Assembly (NCBI GenBank): GCA_963719945.1
Contig: CAVRDX010000001.1
Coordinates: 448,001 to 512,000, forward strand
DNA length: 64,000 nt
Reading direction: 5' to 3'
Source: an uncultured Thermoplasmata archaeon
Lineage (GTDB): Archaea; Thermoplasmatota; Thermoplasmata; UBA10834
In this document: piece by piece, positions 39,892 to 48,833 of the stretch
Numbering within the stretch: the first letter of the stretch is position 1
Layout of the letters: every line of letters begins with the position of its first letter
Notes under the pieces: generated by a model
What the model was told of the DNA's origin: nothing
What the model saw: only the letters and a program-made list of their open reading frames with translations
Databases searched by the model: none
Position numbers and translations under genes: made by a program

Positions 39892-40275
39892 ATGAATGCA
39901 TTGGATTCCTTCAAACTCATGCTCGATGAATACTCATCGAAGATAATCTCCATGACGGAGGTGCAGGCCATGAATGCCACTGATATCAGTGAAGCGCTAG
40001 GAATACCAATCGCGGCCTGCTATAGGCGTATCCGTCTGCTCAGGCAGGCAGGAATGATCCGAGAAGAGGACAAGGCGGTGTCCATCGGCGGCAAGTCAGT
40101 TGCAATGTATCGTTCTACAGTCGAATCCGCCGAGGTGGTCCTCCAGGATGGAAGACTGCGCGTATTTGTCAAAGCCAATGGGGAATCCAGCTCCGAAACA
40201 GTCAACCTGGACGATGAGCCATCCTTCCTGCACTGGTCCGCACAGGACCAGGTATTAAGCCGAAAGATAAGGTGA
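39892..40275 (+). CDS. winged-HTH regulator, paralogue of 33706-34077
   Basis: IPIAACYRRIRLLRQAGMI. Confidence 0.8.
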   Translation: MNALDSFKLMLDEYSSKIISMTEVQAMNATDISEALGIPIAACYRRIRLLRQAGMIREEDKAVSIGGKSVAMYRSTVESAEVVLQDGRLRVFVKANGESSSETVNLDDEPSFLHWSAQDQVLSRKIR

Positions 40276-40285
40276 TTTAGAGATA

Positions 40286-40987
40286 TCAGGCCTTCTCGAG
40301 GTTGTCCGCCCTCTTGCCATACATCCGGGACTCGCTCTCATGAGATTTGCTCTTCTCCAGGAACTTAGCGGCCCTCGTCCTATACTTGGCAGCCTTCTCA
40401 GTCTGATCCGCTGCGCGTGATTCATATTTTCTGGCAACTGACTCTTGCTTCGCCGTCTTTCGCTCAAGGACCGCTATCTTGTTCCTGAGGGCCTCAGGGC
40501 TCAGGTCGCTCTTGCCCTGCGCAGCTCCCCTCAGCTCAAGGTCATATTCTTTTGTCGCAGTTCTGTGCGCTTTGGCCTTCTCTCGTCTCACAGCTGCCTT
40601 CTCGCGGTATGCAACAGCTCTGGAAGAGCATTTCTGGCGTCTGGCCTCGTTGCTCTTGTATTTGTGGAAGAACTTTGCTGCCTTGTGGCTGTGTTCATGC
40701 GATTTCTTCCTGAGCACCGCTACATCGTGATATGCCTCAGCTGCAGCCCTTCCCGTCCTGGCTGCCTTGATCTGTTCATCGTGCTCCTCATCGGATGCTT
40801 CCTTAGGTGGTCGGTCCTCTTCCTCCTCCGATGGTTGGACTTTCTTGGCCGATGGTTCAGATGATACTGGCTTGGTGCTCTTAGAAGGCTCCCTCTTGGT
40901 GAGGAATGCATCTATATCATCGTCTTTGTTCTTCTGAAACTCACGCTTCTTGTAGACGCTTTCCTCCGGAGGACCCATTTGACTCAC
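40286..40987 (-). CDS. basic Lys/Ala/Glu-rich coiled-coil protein
   Basis: 233 aa; SD GGTGAG; repeated KAAKY/KAAKF helical segments. Confidence 0.65.
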   Translation of the reverse strand: MSQMGPPEESVYKKREFQKNKDDDIDAFLTKREPSKSTKPVSSEPSAKKVQPSEEEEDRPPKEASDEEHDEQIKAARTGRAAAEAYHDVAVLRKKSHEHSHKAAKFFHKYKSNEARRQKCSSRAVAYREKAAVRREKAKAHRTATKEYDLELRGAAQGKSDLSPEALRNKIAVLERKTAKQESVARKYESRAADQTEKAAKYRTRAAKFLEKSKSHESESRMYGKRADNLEKA

Positions 40988-41179
40988 CTATGCGACACGA
41001 TGGCTTCCCATGTGTAAAATCATTGTGTTCCGTCATAATGCTTTTGTCCGAATTGTCACGACTGATGAGATTTGGGCCGGGAATCGCCTTTGGATACCGT
41101 GATTCTTTCTATCTATGGGTGGTTTCGGATAAATTATATACTCATAGACCCCGTTTGCAGCTTCAACGGAAGGGATTCC

Positions 41180-41413
41180 ATGGTAAAAGCATGCATATTA
41201 GTGTGTTGCAAATTGCTTAAAACAAAAAGGATCGTGGATATTGCGAAGAAGCTACCAGGTGTCGTTGAGGCTTTCCCAGTACACGGAAGATGGGATATTG
41301 CTATCGAAACCGAGGACATGGACTTGGCAAAGATCGCGAAGATAGGAATGACCATATACGGCTCCGAGGGCGTCGAGATCGTCGAAACCCTGATCGGATT
41401 CCCGGAGATCTGA
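41180..41413 (+). CDS. stand-alone Lrp/AsnC ligand-binding (RAM) domain protein
   Basis: KACILV...GVVEAFPVHGRWDI...VETLI. Confidence 0.8.
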   Translation: MVKACILVCCKLLKTKRIVDIAKKLPGVVEAFPVHGRWDIAIETEDMDLAKIAKIGMTIYGSEGVEIVETLIGFPEI

Positions 41414-41423
41414 GGTGATTCAA

Positions 41424-41645
41424 ATGGTTAAGGCAGTTGTACTCATAATGTTGGAGCCTAAGACATACCAGGACGCAGGAAAGATAACCAAGATCACCGG
41501 AGTCAAAGACGGATTCACAGTGTTCGGACACTATGATTACGTAGCATTCCTGGACGTTCAAGGTCTCGAGAAGGTCGGGCAGATCGCAGACAAGATCCAG
41601 AAGCTCGGCTTCGTCAGGTATGTCGAGACGCTCATTGAGAGATAG
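41424..41645 (+). CDS. stand-alone Lrp/AsnC ligand-binding (RAM) domain protein
   Basis: KAVVLI...VFGHYDYVA...VETLIE. Confidence 0.82.
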   Translation: MVKAVVLIMLEPKTYQDAGKITKITGVKDGFTVFGHYDYVAFLDVQGLEKVGQIADKIQKLGFVRYVETLIER

Positions 41646-41880
41646 GCGTCTACCATAACTGGACCCAAACCATTTACCCCAAATCATTTCCTTATGATTT
41701 TGCGTCGAATTCGACCTGCGGAGTCGTGATTCGTATACTCTGCAGCTATTGCGAACGAATCTCCGTGATTTCTATGACACTGGCTCAACGGACATTCAAG
41801 AGCACAAGCTGGGCACTTAGTTGGTTAATAATTTATATGGGGAGCCTAATCCTGCGCCAACCGGTAACGGAGAGTATAGG

Positions 41881-44032
41881 ATGGTAGACATCACACTTGT
41901 GATCCCGATTGCGGGATTGGTCGGTCTTGCCTTCGCAGGCTATCTGACCTGGTATGTTTTCAGAAAGGATCTCGGGACACCCGAGATGCAAGAGATCGGT
42001 GACGCTATCAGGCAGGGTGCGATGGCCTATATGAAGCGCCAATACACGACTATCATCATAATCAGCGTGATATTGGCGTTCCTCATAGGGGCCTTCATAG
42101 ATCCCACTCCTTGGGTAGGCGCATCATTCATGGTCGGTGCGGGCGCATCTGCGCTCTCTGGCTACATCGGAATGTATGTCAGCGTCAGATCCAACATAAG
42201 GACTGCAGCTGCTGCCCGGAGATCTCTGAACGAAGCGCTTGTCACCTCATTCCGCGGCGGAGCGGTATCTGGTATGGCAGTCGTTTCGCTCAGCCTGATT
42301 GGAGTAGCCGGTATCTATTATGTCTTCTCCAATGGCATGGGGCTTGAGGTAAAAGACTCCCTCAACGCAGCCATTGGTTTCGCGTTCGGGGCTAGCTTCG
42401 CTGCGCTGTTCGCTCAACTTGGTGGCGGGATATACACAAAGGCTGCTGACGTCGGTGCAGACCTCGTCGGAAAGATTGAGGCCGGAATTCCAGAGGACGA
42501 CCCGAGGAACCCTGCAGTCATAGCTGACCTCGTTGGTGACAATGTCGGTGACTGCGCAGGCAGAGGCGCCGACCTGTTCGAGTCGACAGCGGCAGAGAAC
42601 ATCGGTGCGATGGTTCTCGGTCTGACACTATACACATTCTCGACGAACTGGCTTGGCTGGAGCGAGGGAGACGCCCTCGCATGGATATTCTTCCCACTGG
42701 TTGCCAGATCATTCGGAATATTCGCTTCGATGGCTGGTGTAATGCTCGTCAAGATAAAGAAGGAAGACAAGGACCCTATGAGCGGGATCAATATGGGCCT
42801 TTATGTTACATGCGTGCTCGCAGCGGTGTTCTTCTACATATCTACCAAATACATGTTGGGAGACAACTATCTCTACTTCTTCGCTGCAGGACTCATCGGA
42901 ATCGGTCTGAGCATAGTAATCGTATACATAACTCAATACTACACATCAGGGAGCTGGAGACCTGTCAAGGAGATCGCAGAGGCTTCTAAGACTGGACCAG
43001 CCACGAACATCATAACTGGTCTGTCCATCGCAATGGAGAGCACGGCTTTCCCGGTTATCGCAATAATCATTGCTCTCCTGGGTGCGTTTGCACTCGGACA
43101 GGCAGCAGCTCCTGCGGATGCAGGATACGAGAATTATGATACGATAAAACTGGTGTACGGATTCTACGGCACAGCTGTCGCCACCATGGGTATGCTCGCT
43201 ACATGCGCATTCATACTTGCAACGGATACTTTCGGCCCCATTACCGATAATGCTGGTGGAATAGTCGAGATGTCTGGGCAACCCGAGGAGATCAGGCGGA
43301 GGACCGACAGACTGGATGCATGCGGGAACACCACAAAGGCATTGACCAAGGGATATGCGATGGCAAGCGCAGCTCTCGCGGCATTCCTGTTGTTCGGCGC
43401 ATATTTCGAGCGTGTTGCCGACAAGACTCGGAGGCAACCTGGCGGATGCATTCAAGGTGGATATCGCTCAACCGGATGTCTTCGCTGGTGCGTTGCTTGG
43501 TGCCATGCTTGTCTTCCTGTTCGCGTCGTTGGCCATCAGGGCCGTCGGCAAGACTGCTGGGAAGATGATCACTGAGGTCCGCAGGCAGTTCAAGGAGATA
43601 CCTGGAATAATGGAGAGAACCGCAAAGCCTGACTATGCGGCCTGTGTCGATATCGCGACAAAGGGTGCATTGAAGGCGATGGTGCTTCCGGCATTGTTGC
43701 CCGTCCTCGTGCCAGTGCTCTTCGGAGTTCTGATGAACCAGGCCGGCTACGACGCGCCACAGGCCGTCGGGGGTCTCCTGATGGTCGGCACGATCACAGG
43801 AATCATGGTCGCCAACATGTTCAACAACGGTGGCGGCGCATGGGACAACGGCAAGAAGTATGTCGAATCTGGGAACTTTGGCGGAAAAGGATCCTCCACG
43901 CACGCAGCTGCGGTCGTGGGAGACACAGTCGGTGACCCGCTGAAGGACACTGCAGGACCTTCGATACACGTGCTCGTGAAACTGCTCTCGACAGTGACGC
44001 TCGTGTTCGTCGGACTGTTCGTGATATCTTAA
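41881..44032 (+). pseudogene. hppA: membrane-bound H+-translocating pyrophosphatase (K+-independent signature), split by a single extra base near 43423 (true lesion or assembly error)
   Basis: [31 protein letters not shown] in the first frame; GGAWDN.KK and GDTVGDPLKDTAGPS in the shifted frame. Confidence 0.85.
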
Positions 44033-44040
44033 ACTCAAAC

Positions 44041-44062
44041 CCGAGGGGGTCAATCCCCTCGG
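44041..44062 (+). terminator. hairpin after hppA
   Basis: CCGAGGGG-gtcaat-CCCCTCGG, flanked by AAAC motifs. Confidence 0.55.
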
Positions 44063-44127
44063 CAAACCATAAATATATAAAGCGTAATCGAGAAACCTGC
44101 GATTCGTTGCATTAGAGGACTGTCCAA

Positions 44128-44691
44128 ATGTACGTAATAGCATCAAAAGAGGACGTAGTCAGGGTGCCCCCCAACCTGCTGGGAGAGGATTTCCAGAAGC
44201 TTTCGGAGCGCCTGACCCAGGAATCCTTCCAGAACAAGGTCGAAGCTGATGGCAGCTACACCGTTCTCGTCAGGAACATAGAGACTATGGGTGATGGCAG
44301 GATAATCCACGGTGACGGAGCGGTATATCAGAAGGTCCAGTTTGAGACTCTGATGTTCCGACCCACCTTGCACGAGATAGTCGAAGGCACTGTATGTGAG
44401 GTGATGAAGTTCGGCGCGTTCGTCAGATTCGGCCCGCTGGATGGACTTCTGCACATCAGTCAAATCATGGATGATAGGATAGATGTCGATGTGGATGGCA
44501 GACGCTTGCTCGGCAAGGATACCAAGCGCGAGCTACGCATTGGAGACAGCGTCAGGGCAAGGATAGTGTCATTGAGCATCAACGAGAGGAACCCGAGGGA
44601 GAGCAAGATCGGGCTAACTATGCGTCAGCCCGGCCTTGGAAAGCTCGAATGGCTCCAGGAAGAACGGAAGAAGAAGGAGGAAAAGAAATGA
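44128..44691 (+). CDS. rpo7: DNA-directed RNA polymerase subunit Rpo7 (E')
   Basis: VRVPP, GDGAVY, FGAFVRFGPLDGLLHISQI, KIGLTMRQPGLGK. Confidence 0.96.
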   Translation: MYVIASKEDVVRVPPNLLGEDFQKLSERLTQESFQNKVEADGSYTVLVRNIETMGDGRIIHGDGAVYQKVQFETLMFRPTLHEIVEGTVCEVMKFGAFVRFGPLDGLLHISQIMDDRIDVDVDGRRLLGKDTKRELRIGDSVRARIVSLSINERNPRESKIGLTMRQPGLGKLEWLQEERKKKEEKK

Positions 44692-44873
44692 AGATTGAGA
44701 GGGCCTGCAAGAAGTGCAGCGCGATCACCGAAGACGACAAATGCCCTCTCTGCGGTGCCGATACCTCCAAGGAGTGGCAGGGTTACGTCGTAATCATTGA
44801 TCACACCAAGTCCGAGATCGCGAGGAGGATGGGCTTAAGTGTCAACGGCAAGTTCGCCCTGCGGGTTCGATGA
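44688..44873 (+). CDS. spt4: transcription elongation factor Spt4 (RpoE'')
   Basis: ACKKC...CPLCG...WQGYVVIID...SEIA...GKFALRVR. Confidence 0.95.
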   Translation: MKIERACKKCSAITEDDKCPLCGADTSKEWQGYVVIIDHTKSEIARRMGLSVNGKFALRVR

Positions 44874-45390
44874 ATCGTTCCCAGCAGATGACCTTGTCCT
44901 TCCTGAAGATATACGAGAAGAGCTTGCGAAGCCCTTCGGTGAGTTGGTTCGGGCAACTGACTTGAATGAACGAATCAAGGGCGCGAAACGTGTCATAACT
45001 GTTGGGGATGTCGTAACGACGACCCTGCTGGACATGGGCGTAGAGCCTGATCTTGCAGTGTTCGATTACAAAACCCGACGGTCCATTGATTGCGGTTCGA
45101 GGAACCGCATAGAGAAGATGTCCGGGACATTGATAATGGTCGAGAACCCCGCCGGGAAGATAACCCCCGGAATGTGGAGGGCCGTGAGGGATGCGGCTAG
45201 GTCGGACGCCCGCACCAAAGTCAAGGTGGAGGGCGAAGAGGACCTGGCAGCCCTTGTGGCGATAGTATATGCCCCTGAGGGAGCGCAAATCATATATGGA
45301 ATACCCAATAAGGGGATAGCAGTAGTCGAAGTAAATGGCGAATCGCGGGCGTTCGCGACTGCGGCCATTAATCGCATGATACGACGGTGA
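44839..45390 (+). CDS. GTP-dependent dephospho-CoA kinase (DUF359)
   Basis: ITVGDVVT, DYKTRR, NPAGKIT, VEGEEDLAAL, YGIPNKG; conserved position after spt4. Confidence 0.9.
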   Translation: MSTASSPCGFDESFPADDLVLPEDIREELAKPFGELVRATDLNERIKGAKRVITVGDVVTTTLLDMGVEPDLAVFDYKTRRSIDCGSRNRIEKMSGTLIMVENPAGKITPGMWRAVRDAARSDARTKVKVEGEEDLAALVAIVYAPEGAQIIYGIPNKGIAVVEVNGESRAFATAAINRMIRR

Positions 45391-45394
45391 AGAC

Positions 45395-45733
45395 ATGGAG
45401 ATCGAGGTAGTCGACAAGAAGGAGAACGAGCTGCTCGAGAGGATCGAGGTCACATTCAAGGCGTCTCACTCAAAGGAGGGAACTCCGCAGAGAGAAGCCG
45501 TAAAGGACAAACTGTCATCGCTCCTGAAGGCCCCGAAGGAGAGGATCGTAATCGATTCTATGACCTCCGAGTTCGGCAGGATGGAGACGGTTGGCTACGC
45601 CAAGGTGTACAAGACCAAGGACGCAGCCATGAAGTACGAGCGCGGACACATCCTCGTTAGGAACAAGCTCAAGGAGAAGGTAGCAGTCGTCAAGAAGCAG
45701 AAGGCTGCACGCGCACCACCGAAGGCGAAGTGA
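45395..45733 (+). CDS. rps24e: 30S ribosomal protein S24e
   Basis: ENELLERIEV...GTPQR...FG...GYAKVY. Confidence 0.96.
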   Translation: MEIEVVDKKENELLERIEVTFKASHSKEGTPQREAVKDKLSSLLKAPKERIVIDSMTSEFGRMETVGYAKVYKTKDAAMKYERGHILVRNKLKEKVAVVKKQKAARAPPKAK

Positions 45734-45746
45734 GGAGGTAGCGACT

Positions 45747-45944
45747 ATGGCTGAAAAGGAAAAGAAACCGAAGCCGAAGCAGATTAGGACGGCAAAGAAG
45801 GATTTCTTCAAGATCGAAGAGGGCAAGATCAAGAGGACGAGGAACCACTGCCCCAAGTGCGGGCCAGGCGTCTTCATGGCCGAGCATCCTAACCGAGTCG
45901 CCTGCGGAAAGTGCGGATACACCGAGTTCAAGAAGGCGAAGTAA
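45747..45944 (+). CDS. rps27ae: 30S ribosomal protein S27ae
   Basis: CPKCGPGVFMAEH..R..CGKCGYT. Confidence 0.96.
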   Translation: MAEKEKKPKPKQIRTAKKDFFKIEEGKIKRTRNHCPKCGPGVFMAEHPNRVACGKCGYTEFKKAK

Positions 45945-46020
45945 GGTCCTATGATGGATCGCTTCGTCTAAACCCTTACAGGAAACTCCTTTCACATTTC
46001 TGTATCCATTCTCATTGGTG

Positions 46021-46413
46021 CTACCTGTACCTGAAGTAGGATCGGACCTTCTTTCGGCCTAGATACAAGAATATGAAGATATTGAGGACTAAGGTCAGCA
46101 CTGGACTTCCTGGATCGGCGAGCACGCCACTCAGAGATATCCCAATTAGAGCGATCATCATGGCGAATATGGCAGCCCTCCTCCCCCATCTTCTGGAGGA
46201 CTCTCGTCCTTTGAGGTACCCTGCGGTGATGAAGAAGTACCATATGCTCATGGTCATGTAGATGAGGCCGATGGCGAAAATAATGCCAGAATACTCGGTT
46301 GATGAAGCTGAGATGGCGAATATGACGAACGCCACGAGCAGGAACTGGATGGCTGAGACTAGCTGGACTATCGCGAGGATCGTCACTCCAAAAGGTCGCC
46401 GTCTCCTGGCCAT
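46021..46413 (-). CDS. four-TM membrane protein
   Basis: RPFGVTILA N-terminus; YL....VRSYF C-terminus. Confidence 0.75.
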   Translation of the reverse strand: MARRRRPFGVTILAIVQLVSAIQFLLVAFVIFAISASSTEYSGIIFAIGLIYMTMSIWYFFITAGYLKGRESSRRWGRRAAIFAMMIALIGISLSGVLADPGSPVLTLVLNIFIFLYLGRKKVRSYFRYR

Positions 46414-46557
46414 GATGCACCTGCGTGATGGTCCTTTTGACTTTTAGGTTTGCCCACAAGTCCGCCCCGAATAGTCGAATTCTGTGTCTGCATGAGAAAG
46501 CTTGATTAGCCGATGCCTGATTCACCGCCAGCTACGCAATCATCGAACGGAGTGATC

Positions 46558-47433
46558 ATGATGGAGAGCTGGTTCTTGCTGGCTGCGGTTGTTGCCCTCT
46601 TCTGGGGTCTTAGCGGTATATTCGCCAAGTACAGCACTGGCCGTCTGGGCGTTGCGAGGGTAGCACTCCTGATCACACTGGTCGAAGGCGTGATGTATAG
46701 CGCTGCATTCCTGCTCTGGCGGGAGGACATCCATATATCACTGGGCGATGCACTTCTTGCAGCAGGCTCCTGCATAATAGGTATATCCGGTTTCCTATGC
46801 TATTTCGAATCAATATTGGAAGGACAGGTGGCGATTGCCGGAACGATCTCAGCAGCATATCCTGCGCTCACCGTCATAGGCGCGGTCTTCCTACTGTCCG
46901 AAGACCTCAGCATCATGCAGGCGATGGGTGTGGCAGCTATTGTGGCAGGGGTGATCGCTCTATCGTACGAACCCGACGATAAAGCAGTCAATGCCTTGAA
47001 CAAGAGATCGATGGTATTCGCCATAATTGCATTCTTTGCGTGGGGTGCATGGAGTCTATCTTCGAAGGTAGCGGTGGATCGCGTGGGCCCAGGGAATCTA
47101 TTTGGGTTCTATGTCCTCTCATCTCTGACCGCACCTCTGATATATGCATGGGCTAGGAGGATTCGGCCTGCTCCGATGAGATCCGAGGACCCGACACGAA
47201 TCGCATGGACATTCGGAATTGTCGCCCTCTCATTGAATGTCATCGGCGCCTTCGCATACACCTATGCGTTGGAGGGAGGAAACGCGTCGTTGGTCGTGCC
47301 GATATCGAGCGCATATCCCATAGTGACTGTGATATTGGCTATTTCAATCCTCAAAGAGAAGATAAACTGGGTCCAAGGCGCAGCAGTCATGACCGTCGTC
47401 TGTGGTTTGACATTGATTGGCATTTCGATGTAG
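46558..47433 (+). CDS. EamA/DMT family transporter
   Basis: Duplicated 5-TM EamA repeats (ISAAYP / ISSAYP...LKEKI). Confidence 0.9.
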   Translation: MMESWFLLAAVVALFWGLSGIFAKYSTGRLGVARVALLITLVEGVMYSAAFLLWREDIHISLGDALLAAGSCIIGISGFLCYFESILEGQVAIAGTISAAYPALTVIGAVFLLSEDLSIMQAMGVAAIVAGVIALSYEPDDKAVNALNKRSMVFAIIAFFAWGAWSLSSKVAVDRVGPGNLFGFYVLSSLTAPLIYAWARRIRPAPMRSEDPTRIAWTFGIVALSLNVIGAFAYTYALEGGNASLVVPISSAYPIVTVILAISILKEKINWVQGAAVMTVVCGLTLIGISM

Positions 47434-47516
47434 TTATAATCATCATATCTTGCGAGACAACTATGGATCTTCGCCATTGCCAAGGTAGATATACGCACTC
47501 CGCTTTTCGACAGACT

Positions 47517-47616
47517 GGGCCTGTAGTGTAGCTTGGATATCACAGGGGCCTCCGGAGCCCCGAACTCGGGTTCGAAAGACGTTGATAATATACGTCCGAA
47601 ATTCCCGACAGGCCCG
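47517..47616 (+). tRNA. tRNA-Arg(CCG) with a 26-nt intron in the T-loop (47577-47602, position 59/60)
   Basis: Cloverleaf with anticodon CCG at 47552-47554; canonical bulge-helix-bulge around the insert. Confidence 0.93.
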
Positions 47617-47663
47617 CTCCCAGTCCCATCACAATATTATACTGGACACCCTTTTTCCAGACG

Positions 47664-48833
47664 ATGCATCTCACTTCGAAGGAAGAACGGATTCTAAAAG
47701 GCGAGGAAGGGCCTGGCAGGCAGAAAGCGATTGAGTTATTGGTCGCTCTGGGAGATATCTATGGCGCGAAGAGACTGGTCCCTATATCATCTGCCCAGGT
47801 ATCGGGCGCATCATTCAAGACTGTAGGCGACGCAGGAATAAAATTCATCGAGGATTTCTCCGAAGAGGCCAAGGTCACTGTGAGAGCATCCGTCAACCCT
47901 CTGGGCATGGATGTATTGAGATGGCGATCAATGGGGATCGACGAGAAGTTCAAGGAAAAGCAGATCAGGATCATCAAAGCATATTCCTCGATGGGGCTTG
48001 AGCCATTATACAGTTGCACTCCCTACTTGGCTGGCAATCGTCCCCGAGCGGGACAGCATATCGCTTGGGCAGAGTCTTCCGCAACTGTGTTCGCAAACTC
48101 CGTATTAGGCGCGTTGACCAACAGGGAAGGTGGACCTTCTGCCCTGGCCGCTGCCGTCATCGGCAAGACCGCCGAGTACGGATTGCACCTCATGGATAAC
48201 AGGCTTCCAAGGGTGAAGATTGACGTGGAATCGATACCTCAAGGCTCGGTGCCATTATTGGGCTATGTCGTCGGCAAGATCGCTGGTAACAGGATCCCGT
48301 ACATCACCAATCTCAACCTAACGAATGATGAACACAAATCCTTCGGAGCTGCAATGGCTGCGACGAGCGCTGTGTCGATGTATCTCTACACCAAACCCGG
48401 TCTCAGATCGAAGATTGACCTGAGCCGGATAGAGGAGTGTGTTTCACTCCCAGAATCCGAATTGAAGGAATGCAAGGATTCTCTCTCAGGTGACGATTCA
48501 TGGGACCTGGTGGCGATAGGATGCCCACATTGCTCCACCCAGGAGCTGCGCAGAATGGCGAGGTCCCTGGATGGAAAACGCCCTCGAAAAGACTGCAATG
48601 TGTGGTTCTGCACATCGCGAAAGGCATATGCGAACGCGCCTGAGGCGGTGAAGACATTGAAGAGGTTCGGAAAAGTCCTCTGCGATACATGCATGGTGGT
48701 TGCACCTATTGAGAAGATGTTCAAGAGAACGGCCTCTGATTCAGGCAAGGCCATGGTATATCTTCCGACTCTTGGGAAGCAGCGGGCAACCTTCAGAACA
48801 ACGGACCAACTTCTGGAGGCGATATCACGATAA
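47664..48833 (+). CDS. aconitase X large subunit (phosphomevalonate dehydratase large subunit, DUF521)
   Basis: CTPY, WAESSA..FANSVLGA.TNREGG, GCPH, DTCMVV. Confidence 0.9.
   Translation: MHLTSKEERILKGEEGPGRQKAIELLVALGDIYGAKRLVPISSAQVSGASFKTVGDAGIKFIEDFSEEAKVTVRASVNPLGMDVLRWRSMGIDEKFKEKQIRIIKAYSSMGLEPLYSCTPYLAGNRPRAGQHIAWAESSATVFANSVLGALTNREGGPSALAAAVIGKTAEYGLHLMDNRLPRVKIDVESIPQGSVPLLGYVVGKIAGNRIPYITNLNLTNDEHKSFGAAMAATSAVSMYLYTKPGLRSKIDLSRIEECVSLPESELKECKDSLSGDDSWDLVAIGCPHCSTQELRRMARSLDGKRPRKDCNVWFCTSRKAYANAPEAVKTLKRFGKVLCDTCMVVAPIEKMFKRTASDSGKAMVYLPTLGKQRATFRTTDQLLEAISR

Noticed and set aside
43411-43440. Programmed ribosomal frameshift in hppA
   Set aside because: No slippery sequence or evident stimulator; a one-base indel explains it.
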